From assembly GCA_000708835.1 (NCBI GenBank), contig DF237392.1:12876-76875 (forward strand): a stretch of DNA of 64,000 bases. Direction: 5' to 3'. The stretch's first letter is position 1; every line of letters starts with the position of its first letter. The stretch is from Klebsormidium nitens. Lineage: Eukaryota; Plantae; Klebsormidiophyceae. Positions 1 through 11,162 of this stretch are shown piece by piece. A program made the position numbers and the translations under genes. The notes below the pieces were generated by a model, which was given only the letters and a program-made list of their open reading frames with translations, had not been told where the DNA came from and did not search any database.

Positions 1-1873
1 ACTTCGTAGGCTGCAGCCTATCGCTTATGTCTCACCTTTTTCAGCGTCTTCTCCATCTCTGCTTGCATCTTCCTTGCTGCTCCCATCTTTCTCGCCTGCC
101 TTGCTTGATTGGACGAAGAAAAGTGCTTCGAGCGTCTGACAATCTTGCTGTTGGCTTTGCTATTCAAACAATGCAAACGTTGAGTCACTACAAAGCTAGC
201 TTCAGCAAAAAGGCCTCCTTTTCGGGCATGAGGTTGCTGACCCGACAAAAAAGGTTTGGCTCATCCTACACAACCTCAGGAGTTTTCGCGAAGGTCTTCT
301 TGATCAGCTGCTCTCACTCCGCGTGCATATTCTAGATCGACGCCTTTGCCTCGTCTCCTGCTCAGCCAGATATGCTGTCGAAACCAGCACAGAATTGCTT
401 TCATCGCAGGCGTATGACACTTCGTGATTCGGGCGCAATGTTTCTGAGAGCAATTCTTCTTCTGCTCCTCTTGTAGTCGGTCAGCAAGCGAAACAATAGT
501 TGCGTGAAATCGTTCGATCTGCATGAGCACCTGCTTGGGGTGCGAGTTGGTAGGACTTCGGCCTGACATTCTTCGTGGTCAGTCCTCGACAAAGCTTCTT
601 GAAGTCAGGAAGCTTGAAATCGATCGAGTAATATTCTGACCATCGGGGGCCCCTTCGTTGAAACCGTTTGACAGAACTCAAAATATTGTCACGCCGAGTC
701 CGAACTCGGTGCACTGCCAATTTTCATGCCCCTTGAGCTGCTTGAGTGCACGAACTTGCTCTAAACATCGCGAAAGCCAGGTTCCAACTCAACAAATATC
801 TCCATCAAGGAGCATACAAGCAGAGTGAACAAAGCTGCAGTCAGGTCCTACGATGTTGTCAAGCAGCTCGATCACAAGAGACAGAACGTTGCCACACACA
901 AAGAACGAGTAAAGAGATCTCAAATTACACTTTCCTAAAGTGGACGAGTCAGTACTGGAGGAAGTGTGGATTGATTGCACTCGGTTTCCAGTGAGTGGTC
1001 CACTACGCATCACTGCAGGACCTTGAACCCACAGGCGCAGCTAAAACCTTCTGGCAGTTAGTTCTTTCATAATCTGGAAAGCAACAGCTGTGACAAGAGA
1101 CAACATGCTTTCCTTTTTGTGCTTCTCTGCTCGACAGGATGCTTAGCCTTCGTCTCCGGACAGCGCCAGCTTTTGAGGAATCAGGATGCGCGCGCGAAGC
1201 CAGGCGCCGATTAGTTGCTCGAACCGCCTTCAGGGTTTGACGAAATGGTCAACGTCGTCTTCCAGCCGTGGGATGAGATTATCCCCGTTATCTTACGGCC
1301 AGATGTCCCTGATCAAAACCCTTCGATGTTGCCGACTTCTCGCGCCGTACTGCCTTTCATTTGGCTCCCATGACGTGTCATCGATATCTCGGTTCAAGCC
1401 GTCCGATTTGCAGGAAGATAACAATCGAGGGCACACAGAACCCCTTTCTTGACGAGGCACGCCAGTCATCAGAATTCACCGTACACCCACGTACAACGTA
1501 GGGGATGAAGATGAAGCAGCGCCCCGCGCGGGCGACTCATGCCATGATGGCGCCAATGGTGGTGTAGCTAGCTACACTTAGCAGCTGAGCTGGGTTCCTA
1601 GCCAAGCTTGCTGCAAAATGTCATTGTTAGTAAAGCATGCAGTGCACCACATTGCAATTTGCAAGCAGAACGATCAGCGCCAGCAGAAACAGCCATAGCT
1701 GAAGAAGAAGTCCGGAGTTGGTCCTGAAACACACTTCTCCTTGGGACTTTTCTCTCGCCCATTGCAGCTTTATTTGCAAAGCCGACTTCAATCCCTTTCA
1801 GCGTTTTCCTCGCATTGCTGGATTCTGAACTATAAGCTGAATCGGAATTCAAAACACCTCAGAAGGGGCCAAC

Positions 1874-4800
1874 ATGTTTGCAGTCATCGACAGGGCTACG
1901 GCCCGCCCACCACCGCCCATGGACGTGTCTGATTCCTGTGCCCCTGAGATGAGGCACAAAGGTGAAGACATGCCAGAGGAGGCAAGCGGGCACCCTGGGT
2001 GAGTACTTTCTCTTGAAGACCAACCGTCCCATTTATTGCAGAGATTGCATGCCCCATTTGGTTGAGAGAGGGGATTCGAATCCTCCCCGGTGACGAATGA
2101 AGGAGCAGAGTGGAAGTGCTTACGACCATAATGATTTGTTTGGTTGACCTTAACTTCTGCACACGGTGAACAGCTTCCTTTCTGGAGGGGCAAATTGTAG
2201 GAACCTCCCAGAGCAGTGTTTTAATTCACAGCAGTTGCTTCAATGGAAAGCTGCCAAGAAACCTCAGTCAATGTTTCATTCCAAAGGAATCACCCTGACA
2301 AATCTGAGTGTGTCCAGAGTCACACAATTGCAGTGTGTGCAATCAGGTTGTTGTTGCCTGCGTGCAATCCCTTAGTTGAGACTCTTGACATCATCCTGGA
2401 AACTTTGGCCTTCATAGGTTTGAGCCAGGGCTGCACGTTGACAGTGAAGCTCCATGAGTGCTGCCTGCTTTCTCTTTGCAGTCAACAGCCCTTGCAATTA
2501 AAAGTAGCGTCACCATGTCAGCAGGATATATTCTCACGAATTTGTCCCCCAGCTACTAGATACGAAAGAGCATGAATCGAAGAAGCTCGTTGCATCCCTC
2601 AAGCTTAGACTGGTTATTGTCCAGTTTGATAAGGGCATTGCTGTGTTAGTAGGGGAAAACATTAAGCTCAAAAGTTTATCGGTTTGCTGAGCGACTCCGC
2701 GTGACACTTTCCCTGCTTTGGGAGGTACGCTGTTGGTTCTAGCTTCTATATATCTTGCATAATTGGGGGTGTCTCCGATTCTCCCTGGATTTCCTGCATC
2801 TATCTGGTGGAGGGTATTGTGCGGATGAACTTGCCAGTGATTGAAGGGTCGCACATAGCACTACTTGCCAATTTCGTTGAAGATTCATGCCAGACCTTCA
2901 CCTAGAAGCTTGACTCAAATGCTGACATTAAGTGACGCACTTCTATAGTTAGCAGTTTGTCAGCAAGAAGGCTTTACTCTTGTCCTTAAGGAAAGCCTTG
3001 CTGAACCTTGACTGATGAGACAACTTGTGCTGCGCCCAGAGTGCCCAACTCTCAACAGCAAAGCTTTGTGTCTTGTGTGGTTGTGACGTCACAATGTATT
3101 GATACCTGTTGCTTAACCACCTACTTCGTGCAGGCTTGCGACTGTGAGCTCTCAATTCAGTGGCTCATAATAACACAAGAGAGTCAGCATTGTACATGTC
3201 TCAATCATGTCGCGAGGTTGTGTTCTCCCTGTTTCAATGTAGCTTTCTTCTGGATTCTGCAGGCTTGGATACGCACGCGAGCTCTTGACTCAGCGGCACA
3301 TGAAGAACATGAGGCACGAGCTCCCCCCCCACATGAAGAGCAATGTCCTCGAGCTTTTTGTGGTGGGAGCAGCCATGGCGATGGACAAGAAGAACCCGCT
3401 GGTGTCGTATGCTGAGGCAACTAGCATGGAGTGAGGAATTTGACTTGGAGTTAATCTATTTTCTTCCTCTATTGGATAATGCAATTGTCATGTCAAGAAA
3501 GAAGCAACTTGGGCTACGTTGAATATCTGGGATTGAAAGCATGGCTGTCATGGACTATCGGTTTCGGCATTAGAAATTAACCTTCAGTGATCACTGACCA
3601 TAAAATCGATCCCCTCAACAGGAAGAGAAGCAGGTATACTTGCTGGTGTCCTGTGTCCAACTTAAGGTCTTCAATGGCTCGAAAACATCATCTAGCTAGC
3701 CCTTAGTATCTGAATGTGGGCTGGTCTGCCTGGCTTTTTAACCAGAGTTTGTCATGAGAATCTGCTTTTTCAGTCCAACGTGCGACTTAAACCACACTCT
3801 GAGCTGGGGTCTTGATGCATTTGGAGTTCCTAGCTTCGTTTGGTAAGATAAGTTCCTTTCAGACGACCACTAGCTGTCAGCCTGCACTTGTATGCAAAAT
3901 GGGAGCTGTTCAGGTGCTGTTCAGCAAGCTGAAGAATCTAGCAGAGCTTGGGTCTGCATATCGTAGCTACAGACGAGTACTTGAGTCCACTCAACCTGTA
4001 GCGAGAATTTCTGAAGACCTTGTCGCAAACAGAGTCTGTACATTTACGCAGTGACGCCCAGAAGGTGCTACTGGCGGTATGCGGCAAAGCTAGGTTACCT
4101 GCGCAAGATGGGCTGATATATGACTTTTGGTGCTGTCTTTCAGTCTTCTGTAATTATGCTACTAATCTAGGTTTCGTTTTTTGTCTTCGTAGTGACGACC
4201 ACAAGGTGCTTGTGGTGCTGTACAGTAAACTAAAGACCTACGCGAGACGCCCGTGGTACAATGTTGCTCTCTTCGCCTTGAACTTGTCCCTAACCAACGT
4301 TTCCCTCTTCTTCCCAAGAGTGATGACCCGAAAATGCTGCTGGTCCTGTACGGCAAGTTCGAGAACCTGGGCGAAGTGCGCTGACTATAAGTACCTTTAA
4401 GAGGAGCTCTTTGACCCTGGGGCTAACGCAGAATCTCCTGTTCCGTCTGTGCACTGACGACAAGAAGTACTCTCCTTTCACCCGCCTAACCTTGTCATTG
4501 ACCAAGCGTTCCTTGTTCTTCCTCCACCAGTGACGACCAGAAGGTGCTACTGGTTCTGTACGGCAAGCTTGAGAACCTGGGCGAAATCCGCGAGCTGTAC
4601 GACCTGCTGCCCCCAGGGGAGGACCCCCTCGACTTCAGTGCCACCTCAGAGAGCGCCGAGCTGCTCATGGCAATGTACCTCAGGGTGAGGCGCTTTAGTT
4701 TGTGCAGTTCTACTCCTTTACTGTTTACAAGGAACGCTTTTTTGCAGATTCCCGGTTCATTCCGTATGATCTGCTGCCCCCTGGAGAGGACCCCCTCGTA

Positions 4801-7800
4801 TTCCTCAGAGAGCGCCAAGCTGCTTATGGCAATGTAACTTAGGACGAGGCACTCCTGGCAAAACTTGGTTGGTTGCTGTGTCGCTTTCTTGAAGAGGACG
4901 CGTGTACTGGTGCTTTCAAGAGCTCATATACTGAGGACTTCGTTTGAGCTCCCGGGAACTGAGAACGTCGTTTGCCCCAGTCTGAATGTCCTCAACTACC
5001 TCGTACTTGAGGCTTCGATTAGTGGCCGTTCATGTGAATCGCAGTTCTTCGTTGAAAGGTGCTGCTAATTCGACTCTGGCGATGGACTTCGTTTTCATGC
5101 ACGTTTTGATTGACCTCTTCCTGCAGAAGTTTGCACATGCGGTGCGTACCACTGGTTGAGTTGTGTCTGCAAGGCCTTCTTATCTACAGTTTCTCTTCCT
5201 TTTGAGGCATTAAACTTTGTGCACGTTTTGACATTGTCATGTACGACCAAGAACTTCGTGGACATCCATGATCCCCATGTTTGGTTGCTCTCTGCAAGAC
5301 CTGGGAAATCGCTCCGCATCTGTGGCTCTCAGTCGGATATCGTACTGCCATTCGGTTTAGCAGAATAAGTACTAACTCCGACGAAAAAATGCAGAATGAT
5401 TTTGTGACTTGTGTGAAAGTTCATAGATTCCTTTGGGCGTTTGGCCGTCTGGTATTCGTCTGGCCGGTGCGAAAATGCAAAAACTTTGAAAGTAATTGGT
5501 AACGGACGTGGGGTGCGAACAGCTTTATCAGTACGTCTTCTCTCTAACACAGAGTGCTGTCTGTCTGTCTGTGAGCGGAGCTGACATAAGCTTCGGCTGA
5601 TTGCAGGGATTCGTGGACGCTTACGGGGACTGCTCTGCGCAGCCTGCCACCTGCCTCGACGCACTCCAGGTACAGAGTCTCTCTTAAAAACCGTGGTTTG
5701 AAATTGCCTTCTTTGCGAGATTTTTCCTTTGTCTCGCGTTGACTTTTCTGAAACGAGCATCGTTGGGACGCTTTAGGGGTTCCACATTGAATGGTTTTGT
5801 AGCCAGCTGCTTCGAAATCCTCCTGCAAGAAGCCCTGAGCGGTTCAATCATCTTTCGGGTATCTTTCCTTGGTCCGACTACAACAGCAGCTGTTGTAACC
5901 AGGGGCGCCCAAAGTACCTCTACAGCTTTCATTTGTTCCCGCTTGTGGCTTCCCATGTCCTCATTTGCGCTTCTCTGTTGAGTGAAAGCATTGAAGGCTA
6001 AAGTCGTTGCTACTTCAACTTGGTTCCAACCTGTCTGCGTGCAAAAACGATTTACAAAGCAATCGTCAGCCTTCATCCCCCATTCAGAAGTCCCTTGAGC
6101 TTGCTATTGCTCGGAGTAGGAGTTCTGAGACTATAGTCCAGATGGCACGGGCGTACTGTGCTCTAAGCGGGCTGCGATCGGACGTGGCACACTTCGCTCC
6201 TAATGTTTGCTATCCTGGCCGCTGCGACCTTTCAAAGAGTGGTACTTTTTCGTAACACTGCGCCAGCATTCCAAGCCTTCTTGGTCGCCAGATTGTCTTA
6301 TTGTTCCAGCAACCCCTTTCGAAATTTAACTCCACCTCCATACGAGACCATTTCAAGAGGGGTTTATTCAAAGAGTCGTCTTCCACTCGATAAGTGCAAC
6401 GGTTTGAGCGGAGATACGGCTCACGCTCGGGCTGATGGTCCCAACCCTTTTCCTTTCTGTCCCAGTGCTGGCAAAACCACTGGGCCACGATTCCCTCTAG
6501 TGCCTCAATTTGCTCATTCTTTTGTGCTTCTGCATAGTCTCTTCCACTCCCTGTCCCCCCCCGGTCAGGCCATTGAACTCTACCTGGGCTCGACTCTTCT
6601 TCCCCCTCTTCTTTTCCCCCTGGCAGGTAGAACAGACATATAATAGACATATGATTCTTTACGAAGTCTCGATGCCTCCCCTTTTCAACGACCTTTATTT
6701 CCTGCTCCCCCCAGAACTCTTTGATATTATGCGGGCCTCACTCTTCTTCCCCCTCTCCTTTTCCCCCTGGCAGGGAGACTGGGCCATGGTTCTCTACGAT
6801 GCCTCAATGGAATACCTGTTGGTGGCTAGGGACCCTGGCGCCCGGGCTCCCCTCTGCTGGGGCACCGCGTCCGAGACGGGTGCGCCCCCTGCGCGCGCCC
6901 CGCTTCTCTCGGTCCTGGAAGGCCCTTTTTATGATCAACGGTTTTCTCGGTCTTGTCCTTAGCGGTTGGCTGTTTAGAGTCGAAGTCAGAAGGACATTGG
7001 AAGGTCGTGTGCCAACGGGTTTTGAGGGGAGGTATGGAACCCTCTTGGCATGAGCGCAGTGAGTGTGCATCCAGCGTCAGCTGCGCAACCGAAAGACCCG
7101 GGGTTCCAGTGTAGAGTCTAGTTCCTCCAAAGCTGGAACGTTTCCCGCTTCAACGGGTGGCCGGATCCTTCTGTTGCCAGGGTCTCCTTGACACATGTCC
7201 AGCCCCTTCTTTCTCGTCATCTTGGACGGAAGCTCGCATGCTTCTTGTTGAAGACTTTCAGTAAGAAAAACGGCCACTTTTTGGCACGTTTTTAGTCATG
7301 ACCCTTTGTCTTTGATCTAGCCACAAGCACTGCTCGTTCCAACACCTTTTGAGTCTTTGGATCGACACAAGGTATCGTTTTGCAGGCGCCCTGCTGTTTG
7401 CGTCCGACATCCGCCTGCTGAAGAACGAGTGCGGGCCCGGGGCTGCCGCGGCGTCGGAGTTTCCGGCGGGCTGCTTCTTCGAGAGCATGGAGACGGACGA
7501 GTATGGACACGTGCGCAGGTGAGTTGTTTCTCCTTATACCTGAGAACCTCTCTCTTATCTTGTCTGTGTGGCCGGCTTTAATTGGCACTTGGGGGCCTTG
7601 TACATCGGACTTCGGATAGTGGAGTCGAGAAGGGAGGCAGCTTGGCCAGACTGAGAAAACATTCAAACGCCTCACACGGTCAGGATATGAGACGTGGAAG
7701 ACAGAGCTCCGCATGCCGTGCTGCCTTTCCCACTTTGCAGACTCGGAAGGCATGAACATTGCGGTTTGGGGCGAAAGTAATCTTGCTTGACACACTCATG

Positions 7801-8885
7801 GTGCTTTTCAATAAGTCCACCTACGTCACTCGCGCCTTCAGTATCCCAAAATATTTTCCTGAGCCTCTTGCTAGGACCCCAAAGTTTCCAGAATTTGTCG
7901 ACAATTTTGTAGCTGAAAGTCGCGCTTTTGTGCAGTTACGTGAGGCGCGGGAAGCCGATGCGCGCCATTGGCCGCGTGGACAGTCACGGGCAGCTCTGCG
8001 GGACCATGTTCAGGGTTGCCAGGTGAGTGCCTTGGCAAGATTTTCGGTTATTGTTGGGTTTGTTTTATCCAAGGGCCCGCATTTTACTTCATGTGGGTGG
8101 TCTAGAGACTCGATCAAACCAGCGTGGCGCTGTATACCCCCGTACTTGATTTCCAAAAGTCGGCAAATTTGGTTCATAAACCACGGTTCACATCGCCCGC
8201 TGGCGTTGATTGGCGGCTTCCCAGCCTTTGTGATCAACGTGGAGCCCAAGTGCTATTTAGACTGGCGATGGTGCATGGAAAACGGGTAGACATTTTTTGA
8301 GGGTTTAGGTTAGCGAGGTGCGTAGGATGTTAAATATGTGTTTAAGTTGTTAATTCATGCTTTCTCCCCCGGGCATGAGTCCGCGTTCGAATATGCTCTT
8401 GGTCAACCTTGAAATTGAAGAGCATTCCGCTGCCCCGCTGACAGAGCAGCAGAACCAACTTCGATAATTCCCGAAAGACTTGACTTCTTCGGAGGAGTAG
8501 ACCAATTAGAATCCAATGCGCAGATAAGACATCTCTTTGTGTCAGCTTCGGCTTTTCGACCTCTCGTTGCTTTGCGAAGCAGCCCATTCAGGGCCGGTTG
8601 CGTAGGAGCTCCGACGAGCTCGGGAAAACTTGAGGCCGCTTCTCGGGTTGTTCCAAGCATTTGACGCATGCAAAATTCGTCACCCAGGATCGATTTAACC
8701 GACCGCACGGCACCAGAACCTCCTAAACTGGTCATCACCGCGGTTTTCTTGCTTTCAAATACTGTTTTCAACATTTTCGTTTATTTATCAGCTCGACTTT
8801 GGTTGATCTTTGCAGCGGCGACGGCATTGCCGGGATGTCGCGCAACGGCAGCTTTGGCGAACTTGCCGCTCAGGTGGCAATGTAA
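1874..8885 (+). CDS. TSJT1/Wali7-like (DUF3700 family) Ntn-hydrolase-fold protein, 8 exons (about 1874-1998, 3263-3430, 4531-4684, 5607-5669, 6774-6879, 7386-7518, 7936-8022, 8816-8885)
   Basis: Manual splicing gives MFAVIDRATARPP...KVLLVLYGKLENLGEIRELY...QPATCLDALQGDWAMVLYD...VARDPGARAPLCWG...GALLFASD...FPAGCFFES...IGRVDSHGQLCGTMFRV...GMSRNGSFGELAAQVAM*. All introns are GT-AG with matching phases. The motifs (G-L-NL, ARD-G--PL-WG, FP-GCFF, RVDS-GQ-CG) match the plant stem-specific TSJT1/aluminium-induced Wali7 family as I recall it. Confidence 0.85.
4044..4850 (+). repeat. Tandem decayed copies of the exon-3 splice junctions of the TSJT1-like gene (four acceptor-side copies, one donor-side copy)
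   Basis: TGACGACC(A)GAAGGTGCT-like starts at 4052, 4193, 4321 and 4455 precede the real exon start at 4531. A copy of the exon 3' half (CTGCTGCCCCC...GAGAGCGCC...ATGGCAATGTA) lies at about 4765-4850. Confidence 0.85.
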
Positions 8886-9943
8886 GATATGTGGAGAGCG
8901 AGGTGTAGAAAGGGCGGTTCTGTGTATATTGCCAGGGAAGTGAAAGCGTCGGCGTGTTGAATGTACATTCCAGGTGCTTGGTAGGGAGATTCACTGTTTT
9001 CCTCTCGAGAAATGTAAATTGAAGTGAAAAGCTCTTGCGCGAGGGAGAACGAAGCTTCGCTTCCAAACAGTTCTGCTAGTGCTGTATTGTAACGGATCGG
9101 GCTAGGGACGTCGGTTAGCAGAAGCAAACAGCTAAGGTCGAAAACTCGGAAGCCTTTCCAGCTTGGTTGTTAGTAAGTCTAGTCTAAGCCCGGTAGGTTA
9201 GTGTAGTGTCCATGTGAGGTAGATTTAGGGGCCGGTCAGGTGTTTGAGGTTCCGTATTCTCGGGGCAGTTGTATTAATGTTGCGGCCATGAACCGGCTTG
9301 AGGTTGTGCTTATGTACGTCTCTCATGGTCTCGGGCCTCGGCTCACGTTTTCATTGAGAATTTCGAGTCGGGCGTGAGCCTTGCAGGGCGTGCTAGTCTG
9401 ACAGTGGGGTCATGAATCCTTAAAAGGAATGGTGGTCGATCCGTCGGACAGGTCGCTTTCATGATCGAGAACCTTCTGTTCTCCGCATGTATTGTAATTG
9501 TCCAGAAATACACCGCGTACGCGCGCTTCGATCACTTTACAATTTGAAACATGAATGATGCGCACTGCAGCCTGGGTCGGCCCATCCGAAATCACTGGTA
9601 TGTGACGGTGCATGCATGACTCGCGGCCCGGCCAGGCAGCGATATCAAATCATCTGTCGGATTCGATCAAGCTAGAGAGAAGTTATTCGAATCATTCATT
9701 TACAAAATTCATGGACATGGACTAGATATACTGCAATTTGTGCCAAGTTATCGCTGGGCAAAAGGGGTAAGTTGAACCGTGTTGTTTGCATGCGACATGG
9801 TTCATCCATGCATGATCCTGGTCAATACTAGGCGGCCTCTTCGACAGTGCTCTCAGGGCCTGGGATCACTCTTAACCTTGCATGAACATTTCAAGTTTTG
9901 TACCGATACAAACTGCCTACATGCACGGGCCGGAGCTTGAAAC

Positions 9944-11162
9944 TTAGCTTTCGAGAAACAAGCCTTGCTGCGAGACGCTCTTCTTTTGAACCACCAAGCG
10001 GTGCGACTTAGGCACGTGAATCCACCTCCTCTTCTGTTTTGGACTGTCAATCAGCTCGACTCCGGGGGACGACGCCTCTCGCTCTAGCACCGAGCCCACG
10101 TGGCGGCTCAACTGGCAGATGAGGTCCGTCGGATCCGTCGTTGGTTCCGCCACCGGAACGGCCTCAACCGGACTCATGCCGTCAGCGGCGGCCTCAAAAT
10201 TTGCCAGTGTCAACGTCAGCAACGCGGCCAGGTCCGCGCACTGAACGTCCAGGCGCTCGTCCAGGGCGGTCGCGCGCTTCCTGCAGCAGCGTCATCGCCA
10301 GGCCGCCGTTCTGGTGCCGCCGCTCCGCCACCGGAATCCGCTCGTCGATCAGCCGCTCCAGGTCTGCGCGCGTGCACTCCGGCGCGAGCGGAATTGAGCA
10401 TGGAGCGGGCGGCCTCCGGCCCCGCCATCTTGATCAGCATGATGTCAGCAATCTGGGCGGACGTGTAGTCCTTGAAGACGAACTGCTTCCCGACCCGCCA
10501 ATGAGGAAGCCCTCGTTGCAGTCCAGCACTTTCTTCATCGGCGTTTCGTAACCTGGAACGAGAATGGACGAAAGACTGCGTAAGAAGTCTTCAATTGTTG
10601 ACTTCAATCGCTGTGTACGGACGCTTTCCGACTCCGTTTCGGTCACTGGAAGAGATACGAAGTGTTTGTGCTTTCATATCGTCCAATCGAAGGAAAGCGC
10701 TCTACCCGGCCTCTTTACCTCAAGAAGCTCTGGCGTGAGAGGGGCCGGTAACGATGACATCTGCAATCTTGAAGTAATCTTGAGAATGTCGGGCCTTAGG
10801 AACAAACAAGAGCACGGTCCACACTCTCAAGTTGAAAGAAGTCTGCCAGGACGTCGAAGACCGCCTCTTGCCCCCTTCCAAAACCAGTGCTTTATGCATC
10901 TTTGGAAGTCAAAGTGATTTGCCAGAATTTTTATGATTTAAAGCAAGAAGCGAATACGGGACAGACCACAAAATCGTCCCAAACGGTCTGTTCCGAGAAC
11001 AAGACAAAGATGCTGACCTGCGAAGATGCACATGAGCTTGCCGCTGTCCATCTGGCTCATGATTTGTTCCAGCGCTTCATTTCCAAAGTCGATTGTCGAA
11101 CCGGGGACGATAAGACGGTACGCTTCGTCCAAGAAATGGACGCCGCCTTCCGCTCTTTTGAG
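9944..11162 (-). pseudogene. CbbX/CfxQ/SpoVK-type AAA+ ATPase C-terminal half, frameshifted
   Basis: Exon 11162-11018 reads LKRAEGGVHFLDEAYRLIVPGSTIDFGNEALEQIMSQMDSGKLMCIFAG and splices in phase to GYETPMKKVLDCNEGF at 10552. The rest (RVGKQFVFKDYTSAQIADIM; ECTRADLERLIDERIPVAERRHQNGGLAMTLLQEARD; ALDERLDVQCADLAALLTLTLANFEAAA) needs three frame changes, at about 10500, 10385 and 10270. No Walker A exon was found upstream. Confidence 0.75.

Noticed and set aside
1325-1385. DRE core (GCCGAC) and ABRE (ACGTGTC) upstream of the TSJT1-like gene
   Set aside because: Single short motifs are expected by chance at this GC content.
1-1450. Short ORFs (60-100 aa) at the window start
   Set aside because: No recognisable motif, no consistent splice chain and no GC3 bias like the real exons.
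2066-2092. GGGGATTCGAATCCTCCCC, resembling a tRNA T-arm/B-box
   Set aside because: No A-box, acceptor stem or cloverleaf can be built around it, and it lies in intron 1 of the TSJT1-like gene.
4044-4530. Regularly spaced repeats superficially like a CRISPR array
   Set aside because: The units are 76-141 bp, divergent and derived from the adjacent exon. There are no unique spacers or cas genes, and the context is eukaryotic.
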